Shown piece after piece: positions 25,474-38,670 of a stretch of DNA of 64,000 nt (the stretch's first letter is position 1; each line of letters starts with the position of its first letter). Source of the DNA: Calcarisporiella thermophila CBS 279.70 (taxonomy: Eukaryota; Fungi; Calcarisporiellomycota). The DNA is taken from the NCBI RefSeq assembly GCF_041956535.1, contig NW_027192200.1, positions 267,477 through 331,476 on the forward strand. Direction: 5' to 3'. A program made the position numbers and the translations under genes. Below the pieces are notes generated by a model that did not search any database, was not told the DNA's origin, and saw nothing but the letters and a program-made list of their open reading frames with translations.

Positions 25474-26333
25474 ATGACTACAGATGCGTTGGAAACTCTC
25501 GAATCGCGTCTTGCCCATCTCGAACATCTTCTCTTCAATCCGCCCACTGGTGACCGTCCCACGTTCTCGCTTCGCGCAGCCTCCGATGAACCGCTTCTGC
25601 AACGCGTGCTTGCACTACAGCAAGAGCTAAACAGAGTGCTGCGGGACCGCATGTCGCTGCAAGGATTTCTGGATCGATGTAAGAATAGGGCCCTCATCGA
25701 ACTAGCACCTTCTTCTCCCCCCTCCCCCCACTCACTAGATAGAGCTAACATGACACCGTCTTGATAGATGAAGAGAACGCTCGAATTCTGTCCACAGGCT
25801 CTACCCTCCGTCTTGAGAAACAATTGCTCTCACCACAAGCCAAAGCGCGCATCATTATTGAGACATCCGAGGATTTGAAGCAGTTTGTGTCCGAGCTAAA
25901 GCAGATAAAATCGCTTGAGGGAATGGCGAGCGGAGAACCCTATAAAGGTAGAGAATGGCGGCTTCCCTTCCTCGCTTTCCTTGGAGCAAGAAGGCTTCTA
26001 ACACTCTTCACGATCTACAGGACTGGACGCCCTAAAGCCGAAATTGCAGCCGTTAGAGGAAAAGCATCGCGAGCAAATGGTCGAAATTGCGGAGCTGTCA
26101 CAAAAAGTCTCGGGACTGCTGGATCAGTACAATGAATACGTAAGTACACAAGCAGAGCTCGCCACACTGGCCTAGTGGGCGTGTGTATATGGGGTGTGCG
26201 TGTGCTAAGTGTCTCTCCCCTTCAACAGGTTAATACCCTCTCGGAGATCTTCCTTTCGTGGGACAACATGCTCTCCTCGATGGAGACCATGGTAACGCGT
26301 CTTGAACGGGAACGCGCTTCGCAAGGGAAATAA
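25474..26333 (+). CDS. DCTN3: Dynactin subunit 3 (p24/p22)-like (4 exons)
   Basis: LESRLAHLEHLL N-terminus; LLDQYNEY/VNTLSEIFLSWDNML C-terminal signature; short coiled-coil protein. Confidence 0.75.
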
Positions 26334-26581
26334 GACTTATCAAGATCCTCAATCTAGATAAGTTGTGCTTCATTCGCTTTCACTCTTCCTTTTTTATCTT
26401 TAGTGTCTACTAAATTGTAATATAATACTCTAATGAATTATAACACAAGTGCATTGCTATTTTGAATATATATCAAGAAATAAAAAGACAAGAGGAAAAA
26501 ATAGCATTAAAATAAAATAGACTAGTGGTTCAATATACAGGCATAATAATTTAAAAAAAAAATGGACGAGGGAGGAGAGAG

Positions 26582-29500
26582 TCAGTGCTCACTAGGGGTG
26601 GTACTCTTGGCCAGCATGTACCGTCCCGTAAGGAAATCAAACTCGTCCTCATTTCGCACCAGGGCCTGGTATACATGGTATGGGACAAGAAGTTTGCGGC
26701 TCGTGCTCGCCCCCTGACCTTTCCTCCCTGCGGTAGCAACGGCCTTCGAGGCCAAGCCATCCTCGCTAGCGGGGGAGGCTCTTGCTTCCGGCGCCGCTTT
26801 CTTCTCATCCTCGCCCACACCATCCTCTTCCCTCTGATCCCTTGAGCCGACGACATCCGTGCTCTGGCACGCCTGCGCCACATCAAGTCGCCGCTGCTTC
26901 AGATCCGGTTGCTCCTCGCTCTCCTCAAGCCGGTAGACCTCGACGGATCGGCGCATCACATTTCGCAAAAATGCCTTCGCCGCCATGTACAAGAGCCCAC
27001 CCACAATGGCCTTGTCTTTTCCCACGATTTCGTTTCGATCTCGTTTCGCCCCGTAGACAGGTTTTTCGACTATGGTCCGCGTGGTTGGGAGTTTCAGCTG
27101 ATTCAGAACGCGACACACCCATTCCACCCCGCGGAGATCGATCACGCCACATTCGAGCGGCTCGGCACTGCTGAGCCAGTCCAGTGCCTCGCGAATTTTG
27201 GGCGTTCCCGCGCTTCCAACGAAATCTGATACCTGTGCCTGATCATCCACCTCCACCTCCATCTCATCGTCCCCCTCATTCCCCTCGTTATCGTCTAGCA
27301 CATCCTGCATGATCACGTCGGCAACCGTTAAGCTGCTCAGCCGACTTCGACGATTCACCATCTCGGCCGGCTGTCTTGAGCATGCAAAATGGAATATACT
27401 CCCTTTCGCCCCCTCGTTCTTCTCATCCGCCCTCTCTTGCTTAGTATGCCATGAGCGAGGACTTCCGCAAAACTTACAGTACATGTCTTGGAATCGAGTT
27501 GACTTCATCGGGGGTGGTCGCTGGTTGAGGGAGCTTAAGGAGTCCGTCTCCTGGCTTTCCCAGAGCGCCATTTTGTGTGAGAGTTGACTGCTCCCTTCCT
27601 TCCGCGGAGTGTGCCCACTTCGACGGCACCAGAGCATAACCTCCTTCGTGGTGAGTTTTTGTGCTGCTTCTTTCTCCCTCTCCACCGTGGAAAGGGTGGG
27701 GTTTAGATTTGCGATTTGGTTTTGGATATGCTTACGAAGCAAATGAGCACGATGCCACTAACCGAAAAAAAAAAAATACAAAATATTATTCATCCACTTG
27801 AGCATCAACAGACTAGGAAAAAAACGTGAATTTACCTCGGTCGACCTTTGACGCCCAATGCCCCACTCCAAGAAAGTGCCCGCGCCTTCTGCACAAGCAT
27901 AGGGCAGCTCAGCCGGCGCAACCTCGTGTCCGCTTGGCCTCACGATCGGGAATGCGGTCACGCCCACTTGTAGATAATCTTCCAAAACATGCCGTTCCGT
28001 TTTCTTTACCGCGTCCTGGCTTTCATTTCTTTCCGCCCTCGTTTCATTGTTTCCTTCCTCGCCAGTTTGGTTAGCGTCAAGTGGCTCGCTTCCTTGTGTA
28101 TGTGACTCCATTTTCCCTTGTTCGTTCGCGGACGGCTGCGTTGGTGCCGTAACAAACTCGGTGTTCCGGTCGAGCTCGAGGTCATATACGCGTTCGGTTC
28201 CGAGCACTTGTCGGCCACAATGAGTATCGTCTAACTGTAGAGATTTAAGTCCCCCCCCCAAAAAAAAATAAAGGATGAATATTTGAGTGTTTAAGCTAAG
28301 AGCGAATAAAAGTTGCTCAGAGGGAAGCTTACCTTGAGCACATGAATAATATCCACGGGTTTGTTCCGCCGATCCACAAAGTGCAGCTGCACTCTTACGG
28401 GCGCCTCGCCCCATCCATACCGCTTGAGGTGGAAGGGGGGCTTCTTCACATCGACCACATCATGCGGCCGATAGCTCGGATGTAGGTAGAACCGGACCTT
28501 AGACAGGAAGGTCGCCACATCAGGGTGGTTGGCTGGGCTTGCCACGTAGATCATCCACTTGTGGGTGAATTTTCCCATGGCCGGGTCGCGCCGCTCAGGA
28601 GGCACGAATTTTGAGACGTTTCCAACAATCACACGGCGCTTGACATAGAACCGCGACCCATCCGTGGAGTTGAGTGGCAGTACGCCGTACACGAGTAGAT
28701 CGGCAACCCGGTTTGCTTCTTGCTGTGCGACTTCAGTATTGGGCAGACGATCCTGAGTTGCTGGCCGATTTAGCGCCTCCTGTGACAGATCAGCTTGGGG
28801 TGGGTGTTTGTGGAGTGTATCCCTATCGGCAGGTGCAGCAGGGGCACTCTTCGAAGCGTTGGCCCCATCAGGAACACTGTCAACACGAACGGGAACAACC
28901 ACGGATTTGGATGCAATGGGTTTTGGGGTAGCTTGAGGCAATTCCCTTGGTACGTCGATGCCAGCTGGAGTGAACGAGCCCATTTCTGGGGATATCAAAT
29001 TAGAATCTGTCCTTTCGCTGGCATCCAGCAACATCTCTCTATCTAAGGCCTGACCGTCAGCCGCTATTCTTTCAGCTATGGGCACACCGAGGCTCTTTAG
29101 ACCTGCAGCCTTATTCTCTCTCTCATCATGCATGGTAACATCTTGCTCATGTGCACCCATATCTTTGAGGACCCGGCTCTCCTTCCCAGGACCCCGATCT
29201 CGACCCGGTTCTCGTTCATTTTCGGACTCACTCTCTGAAGAGTCGCCACTACTGCCACTGCTACTGCTACCACTATCACCGCTACTACCGCCACTACTAC
29301 TACTGCTGCTGCTGCTGCCACTATTCCCTTCATTCTCGCTACTGTCGTCCCCGCTTTCACTTTCATTCTCACTCTCTATTGCAGTCTGCTGAACAGGAAC
29401 ACGGCTGAGTTTCTTCCCCGATTTGCCCGCTATGTGGGGGAGAGTGGCGGGGGCTGGGGAGGATGCACTGGTGGCTGTGGAGGCCGTCTCAATAGTGGAC

Positions 29501-30697
29501 TCTGGGAGAGCAGAGGGGGGCGGGGTCGAGGTGGATGCGATGTAGTCGCTAGCATCCGACTCTGCCTGTGCGAGATGGTGGGAGGCAGCCGCTCTCACCT
29601 CATCCACGTCCATATCCACCTCCTCTTCAAACACCTTAATTTTAGGCTAAAAGAAAACGTTGTTTTAGAGAGAACAGCCCGACCCAGCCCAAATATGCAC
29701 TGCTTACCCTTTCTGCTGGAGCCGCTGGTTTAGGTGGTGTGGCTGCAATCCGAGGGAATGGCCGTGATAAGAGCTTGCGTCGGCATGGGTGATCTGGAGG
29801 TACTTCACTCTCATCCTTTCCACACATACACAAAAACAAAGACAATGAGAAATCTGAAATACAAGTTGCGGTCGACATTTTAGGTAGGAATGGAAAACTT
29901 ACCACCGGAATACCGGCAAGTCGATTTGCTTCATCGTGGCTTGCAAATTCCAAGTGATGCACGATCCGGCAATGGTTCAAGAAGCCTTGATGATTGGCAA
30001 AATCGTCGCGGTGACATTTGGGACAGGAGAGCCTAGTTGGGATGAAAGGTGAGTATAAGTGGTCTCAACATCGACAGTGCGGGGGAGGGCCTACTTCACA
30101 AATGTGCCATCTTCACGCTGCGCATACAGAGCGGACCGCCCAGTATAGGATGGTTGCGATTGACTTCGACCATATACAGGACGGCGCACTCGCCCTGAGC
30201 TTGTGGTAAGGAGGGGTGGGGGGGAAGCAGCGCGTCGTGATGTTGATCGGGTTGAGTACTGTTCGGGAGGAGGATCCTCTATCAGGTAGTGAAAAGTAAG
30301 GAGTAAGGGGAGGGTTAGCCAACCGCCATAACTTGAGCGAGGGAAGCAGGACTCACTATTTATGATGGCATATCTAAGATCTTCGAGGGCTTCTCTTGCC
30401 TTGCGGATTTCCTCTTCAATGGCCCTAATCTCTTGGTGCTTGAGCAAGATCTCGACATCGAATTGGTGATCGATGACATCAACGATCTTTTTACGGGTCA
30501 TCTCATCTAAAACATGGTAACAAGCAGAGGTCATTGGATTGGTTTTCTCCGGCTTGGGTACCTAAAGAGTCGTTCAACGTACCTCGAGGAACAGGCTTCA
30601 ATGAGCTGCCCTCTGCGGGCGTAGGAGGGGCGGATGGGTTTGTCTTCCCTCGTGGTAGTCTCTTGCGCGGGGATTCTTCTTTCATGGCTGATACCAT
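26582..30697 (-). CDS. YEATS2: YEATS2-like chromatin reader with additional Ahc1-type C2H2 zinc finger (multi-exon)
   Basis: Spliced order: coiled coil IDHQFDVEILLKHQEIRAIEEEI; finger CPKC..QGFLNHCRIVH; YEATS domain IVGNVSKF..THKWMIYV..LHPSY..PPFHLKRYGWGE; WGIGRQRSTE/WHRA; WCRRSGHTP; terminal HVYQAL..FDFLT. Confidence 0.88.
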
Positions 30698-31121
30698 TGC
30701 TCTTTGCTCACAAGCGAACGAAGCGAAGCAAAGCAATCAAAGGGAATCAAGAGCGTCGTTTTCGAAAATACTATATATTGCGGCAAAAAAAAAATCTAAG
30801 GGGCGCAGTAACAATAATAATTCAGAGCAGTCTTTTTTAGGAGGTTCCACGTTTAATTTAGGCAATACTGGAAGAAAAAAAAAAATAAAAACCACGAACA
30901 AAAATATCAAATAAAAAATAAGAGAGGGATATTTCGTTGAACCAAAGATACACAAATACATCTTCAAGTGGTAAGGATAGAGAAAGTCGTCGTACAAGAG
31001 CGTGGGGGTGAGGGGAGGGGGAGTGGTGGTAGGAAGAAGCACATACCATTTAACCAACGAAACATGCCTTATATATATAAATTTATATGTGTATGTATTC
31101 TTTCTAGTGAAAGGGGAGAGT

Positions 31122-32270
<1,149 letters not shown>

Positions 32271-34519
32271 ACTGAAGGGATGAATGAGCCCCAGCCGAAG
32301 TTATCTTTTGACGGTATGAGATGGGGAAGGGATCGAGGATGTCAACCTTGATGAGCGAATGCAGCCAGGACCTGTGCAAAGCCCACTTTGAATGAGTTTA
32401 AATTGAAATTCTGGGACGGCTCAAGTATCCGAATCAGCCCAATATGGGCGATGTTGATATTATTCATGCAAAACTCTCGTCGGGGAGTCGGAAGCCGAGA
32501 AGGATGAAATCCTATTTTCCTATTCTCCGGACTTGCACATACGAGGATGGGCACGGGAGAATACTGTGCGACCAGTGTGGCGCCAAAGATCGCCTGGCGG
32601 TGCAAACTCCTTATATGAAAAGGGCAGTTGGCCATCAAGGCGATAGCGATTTCTCAATGTATTTCTGGACCATTTAGTTCGGTTTATACTCCTCCATCAA
32701 CCCCAAGCCTGAGAGATCACATGCGAATATCACCAATGAATACGGAAAATGGGCGCCCTTATCAGGGGATATTTGGCGTAGAGCGCGATTTCAAACAAGT
32801 AAGCTCTTATATTTGTTATGTTTTTCATTTTATTTGCAGATGCGCATGCAGAGAGAAGTAGAAAATTTTGGAGACGATGAAGGCCGGCCATTTGACCTAT
32901 ACTGCTCTTCATTGCAATGGGAGAATGGTTTGGACTGCTCTGTGCCATGCTTGAAGAAAAAAAAAACTGGATGCCTGCTTCGACAAAAGAAGAGTGCAGG
33001 CGTTGGGAGAAGTCCCACTAGCAGCTATTTGGAAGATGGAATGTTCTTGCAAAGTATAAATGTTCTTTGCCCGGTGCATCTTACATAATAGCCGCTTGAC
33101 TTGGATATTGCGCTGGCATGTAAGACACCTATTTGCGGGTGTATTTGAAGGATTGCTTGGCTGCAGGGCACATCTCTGATAACATTGGAAATGGAGCAAA
33201 TGCTTGTGATCTATCAAGCCCTAGAAATCAGGTGAGGCCTTGGCTTTCCATCCCTTGGGAAAGACGAACAGGAACGGGGGCCGCCAAGCAAGCCCGTTCC
33301 TCCCTGCTGCGCACTCTTTTAGAGTTGAGGGGATAAAAGTAAATCTTAGCGTTACCTAGCTTACGCGGTGAGCAATCCAAGAATAGGAAATTGTACCTTG
33401 GGTTCTGCAGACTGCTTGGATCCTTTTGGGAAAGGCGGCCAACGAGGGGAAATCTATTTCCGTTGCACGAATCGATGGTTTCTCCCCATTCTATAGGAAT
33501 TGGTGCGGCCAATGGGCATCCAGATCCAAATTAATTCGTTTCCGGGCCTCCTAATGGTCCGCCGGGGGACTGGGAAGGGGAGGGCCCAATGCTTCTATTT
33601 TTATCAAGTGCTTTCGTCATTGTGTTCGGAAAAAATAATATACAAAGCGAGTGTGTGACATTGGTGGCATGCGAGCCTTCCTCTCAGGCCGCTTTTCTTC
33701 TCAATGGCATCTTTCCCGGGACGGCTAGTTTCCGTGCCCATGCACGGAAATTGGGTCATCGATCACAGGGAGCAGGGGGGGGGGACCTTCGATGGTGAGC
33801 TCGCCCAATCACGCCGGACACCGGTCATTCCCCCATGTTTGATTTCTGATTTCGGCCGCGAGCCTAATCCAAGAATACCGTTCTGAGATGAAACGAACTT
33901 CATTGCCGAGGTTCCTCACCGGTTGATTACGCCCCCCCTCGGTCAGAAAGTAGGGTGGGTTTATCCTTTTTGCCACTAACGCTGCTCCCCCCTCCGACGC
34001 ATGGCCCGTCCGCACCGTCGGAAATGGGGAGCTCTACCACACGAGAAGGAGCAGGAAGGCCTCCGGGCTCCCTTGGTTGACAAGAGGCCGGCAAACGGGA
34101 CTCCGCCCTGTCCAGCTCTTCATAGAATCCGTGTCCAACCGCAAGCTTAACCCAAGTTAGCACAAAATAAGCAGACTTTAGGGGAGGACACATCTAGAAA
34201 AAGCCTTACCAAAGTGCGCCAAATAGGATCTTGCTTGCCGGGTGCGTGGGTTGAAAATATTTTCGTGCGAACCAAGAACTAGGTCAAAACCCATCTTGAC
34301 AAGTGACATGAGCAGAGAGAGAAGCTAAAAAAAAAACATGAGGAAATGACGGTGCCCGGATTCTAGCTTTTTTTCCCGTTACCATTTTATTTCCCACTGA
34401 GTCTCATTTTTTTCTTGTGTCGGTTTCCCAACATAAAAAAGAGTGGAGTTGTATATAAATAAGAATTGCGGGACGTTGGAGAGCCACCGGGAAAGCCCTA
34501 CACGATCTCTGTTCATGCT

Positions 34520-34542
34520 TATATATATATATATATATATAT
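34520..34542 (+). repeat. (TA)n microsatellite upstream of the velvet gene
   Basis: About 11 TA units, roughly 110-130 bp before the ATG. Confidence 0.8.
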
Positions 34543-34650
34543 CCATAGATCGGTACAGATATAAAATAACCCGCCCGCCTCCTTGTTCCCGCTCCCATTT
34601 TCTCGTTTTTCGGTTTCTCTCCTCGCTAGCCCCCGCCTTTCCCCATCAAC

Positions 34651-36067
34651 ATGTCGAGAGGCACCTATAGCTTTGTCAGTGATTTCGACGATACTTGGAT
34701 GCATGAGGGGGTACAGTACGCCCTGACGATCCGACAGCAACCTCGGCTGGCGCGGGTATGCAACGCCAAGGAACGCACTCCCGTCGACCCCCCGCCCATC
34801 ATTCAGATCAAGCTTGCCACCTCCACCCCCGAAGAAGCCCAGTAGGTTCCCCCCTTTTCCTTTCTTTTTTCCCTCCCTTTTGACCCACTCCGGTGGCATC
34901 CTAGACGATTCCTTCAGAGTCCAAACTACTTTATGTGCGCCGACGTCATCGGTGCGCAGGACTACCCCAGCGAGCAGCCCCTCGATGCTAAGCAGGTGCT
35001 CTCCGGAAACAAGGTTTCGTCCCTCCACCGACTAAAGGATATCGACAACACGGACGGGGGATTCTTTGTGTTTGGAGACCTGTCGATGAACGTGATAGGG
35101 GCCTTTCGTTTGAAGTTCAATCTTTACCATGTCACGAGGTAAGGCTTTGGTGGCAAAGAGGGCTTTCTTCAGCCGTGAAGCCAGAGTAACGCAGAGGCTG
35201 TTTTGGTTTGTCTTTAGTGGCCAGGCCGTGCACCTGCATTCGCTGGTCTCCGACGCTTTCACCGTCTACACCGCCAAGGATTTCCCCGGCTTGTCGGAGT
35301 CCACTTTTCTCTCGCGCTCCTTCTCCGACCAGGGCGTCAAGCTCCGGATCCGCAAGGAGCATCGCATCCAGATCAAGTGGAACAGCATCTCTTCCCAGCC
35401 ACGGCCGCCCTCGCCTTCGCAGAGCAGTTCCGGCGAAAAGCGCAAGCGCGAGCCCAGCGTGATCGCTGCCCTCGAGTCGCCCGCCCTGAAGTCTCCTCGG
35501 TATGAGGCGTCTTCCACGAGACAGCCTGGGTATCCCTCCCCCACCACCCCCAGCACAGCGCCGATTCTCACCCCCTTAGCACCCCCGCTGCCCCCCCTGC
35601 GGGCCAAAGTGACCATCGCCACACCCACCGCTCCGGGAATGCGCGACCACAGCCTCTCTGCGTTGCTGTCTCCCATGGCCGCCTCCGCCTACCCATACCC
35701 CTCGCCGGGGTGGCAACCTACCCCTCTCGCCACAAACGCTCCGCCTCAGCACCATCCCTCGCAGCCGCAAGAGAATACGCAGGCAGGAGCCCGCTTAGGG
35801 CCTGCAGAGCCTCTTCTCTGCCCTCGCCCCCACACAGCCCCGCTCGTCGACCACCGCTCCAGCCTTCTCGAACCGGCCTCGATTGCACAGGCCTTGACAC
35901 CTCCCCCTCCGAAACCACCCGGGATGTCCCTGCTTCCGCCCCCCGCTTTTCTGCTACCCGAGCACAATGATGCCCGATGGAAGGAAAAGTCGCCCACTTA
36001 TTGCGGGATCGCGACCCCCCATGTCTTCCAGGACGAGGTGCGCCGGTTATTATCAGCTTCCCCGTAG
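34651..36067 (+). CDS. Velvet-domain transcription factor (VosA/VelC-like layout; 3 exons)
   Basis: [81 protein letters not shown]; Pro-rich tail. Confidence 0.93.
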
Positions 36068-38670
36068 TTTGCCCTCCCATGATGTCCCACCTCTTCAACT
36101 GTAATTGTATCTATAATGCAACTCATCTCTACCTATAAATACTTAGCATTTCTGTATTTTTTTTTCTTCATCACCGTCATTATTAATATTTATAATACTC
36201 TTCCTGGGAGGATAGGCATGATAGAGCACTTCAGCTATTTTGTTGCTTGTTCACAATATTTTGTGTGTTTTTTGTGATGTTTTTCTCTAGCATGGTTTTG
36301 TTATTTCCTTCTTTCTCTTTGCTTTTTTTTTTCTTCCTCCTTCGCACGGATGGTAATTGCTGTTACTCTTTATGCTTAGACTCTTAATATACATAAGAAG
36401 CATTTTCTTTTCCAGCTTTGGGAATCTGGGCGAGACGGTGGCCTCCACCCTAAGGGAGGGGGAGGGATCCTTTACAGTCTATAGATGTAGGACCGAATCA
36501 TGAATATAAACAAACAGGGAGTGGGGACCAAGGTAGCCATGTTTCTTGTTGGCTCTGCAGGGCTCAAATCACCTCCCAATCTCATTGAAACGAGGTTAAA
36601 CAGAGACCGACTCACTTTTCATGCAGCGAAAGGAGGGGGAGGGTGTGAGGGAGGTGTCTTCGGCTAGTTTCGGTTTTAGCCCCTTGCGAACTCAAGAGGC
36701 TGCTGGGCCTTCCATATATACACCATGTGGACATCGGTTCCGTACGGTTGAGGTTCAAAGTAATGTGGGTGAGATCATGCCAGATCGAAGAGCCGGAGTG
36801 TGGGATATTGGCCGATGTAAATGGGCCGACCGAGTGGAAAAGAAGTGAGAGGGGTACACAGCCCTTGTTTGGTTGGGCTCCTTGTTATTTCCCTCCTCTC
36901 CCTTTGCTCCCCCCCCCTCCTTCCCCTGATATCCCAGGAAGTAAAGCATGAAGAAGCATCCGCATCTCGTCGATAGAGGAGCTCTTATGATTTATCTCGG
37001 TTAAGCATTATTAAACCTAATTTCTTAACCTCAGCCGACCTATCATGTCCGCAGCTGTAGCGCCATAGTGATAGTCGCGCAATTTTGCCTAAACCGACCA
37101 AGGGGGAGCGGCCGATTTCAGAGAGAAGGGGAGGATTAGGCAAGGAAATGCACCGGAAAATGGGCAATCGTCACTTGAGCTGCTCTTGGGGAGTGGGATT
37201 GCCAGATTGAGATTTCGTGCTGCGGGAGACTGTGAATGTGCCCTCCCGTATCCCCCCAAACTCAAAGGGAAATCCGAGGGTGAGCCTTGTGATGCAAATC
37301 ACAGGTTGAAGCCTTTGTGTCCGTCGGCCACGCCTGGATGCCGGCTAATGGCGGCCTAGGTTGGCGGCGTTGTGTGATGTCATGGGGGGGGGGGGAGTGC
37401 GGGCGGGAGCCAACGATCTGAAATTTTTGCCGCAGTCTTGGACACACGCGATTAGAGCGCGGCTGGTGGTCCGTGGCGAATTTGGAGCCCATCAATTTTG
37501 CATCCGTGATTAATTAGTTTGATACAAATTCGCCATGGGCCAGGGGGTTCCTGGGCTTTTTGTGGTGAGGGCTGCGAGTCCGATGCACTCTCACCCAACC
37601 GCGTGGTACAAATTAATACCTACTGAAGTTAAACGAGGATTGATGCCATTTTTTCTTATTTTGCACGGGAGCCGCGCGCGGATGCAAGTGGTGCAGGCTG
37701 GGCGGGCCTTGGGAAGCTGCGGCCCCTAGCATCATGGGAAAAAACACGCGCAGCGCTGCCGCTCTCTTGGCCCGCCGGCGCCCGTGGGAGAAGAGCAGAA
37801 GACGCAGGGACGAGCGAGGCGCCGGAGGCAATTTAAGTATGCGCGGGATTCCCCGGCTCGAGGGAAGAGAGGGGGGAGAGAAGGGGAGGGGGGGACTTGT
37901 TAGTTGGCGCGGTGGTTACGCTTAATTAACGAAGAGAACAAGTAGGAGCGAGGCAAGGGAAATATAGCCAAGCTTATCACCTGGCAGGAGGGCGGGCCAG
38001 CACAGAGGTAGACTGGGGATTCGATTTTCGCAGCTTGCTAATGTTTGCCATGCCACAAAGCCTTCCCGAAAGAGAAACTGCGGAACTTAGCGATCGCTGA
38101 GTTTCTTGTCATCAAATAGGAAAATGAATTTAATTAGCAAACGTCACCTCGAATTGGATTGCAAAACCTTTTGTATAGGTGTCAGAAGTTGTTCTTCCTC
38201 CCTATACTGCTGCCTCCCTATCCTCTTTTCCCCCCTAAGTTTCGGTCCCCCCCCCCCCCTTTTCACTCCGCGCACTTTCTCCCTTCTAATCTTTTCCAAC
38301 TCCCTTCCGCCATTTCGATTGTGTGTGGGTTGAAGGTGTTGCATCGGCTTGTTTATGGGTTCCTTTCGCCAGTGTTCTATCGTTTCCAAAACAATATTTC
38401 CAATTCCTCACTCCACATCTCAACTTTTCCATTTTCTAATCAAAGTTTCATCTTCAAATTCCCATTTTTTCGTTCTCTCCTTCTGACCTCATTTGCTCTA
38501 GCCCTGTTCCCCTATTCTTTCACCATTGCCCCATCTCAATCTTGCTTAGTCAAGCCCACCTCCATTGGCCCCCTCTCCTCCTAGACCCCTTGCATCCCCA
38601 CTCTCGGCAAGAAGACGATTGGTAAAGAGAGCAGGCCTCTAGCGTCCATCGAACACAACACATCGCTAGC

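Noticed and set aside
32342-34193. Short ORFs between Rab8 and velvet as genes or transposon remnants
   Set aside because: No recognisable domain, no consistent splice pattern, no terminal repeats.
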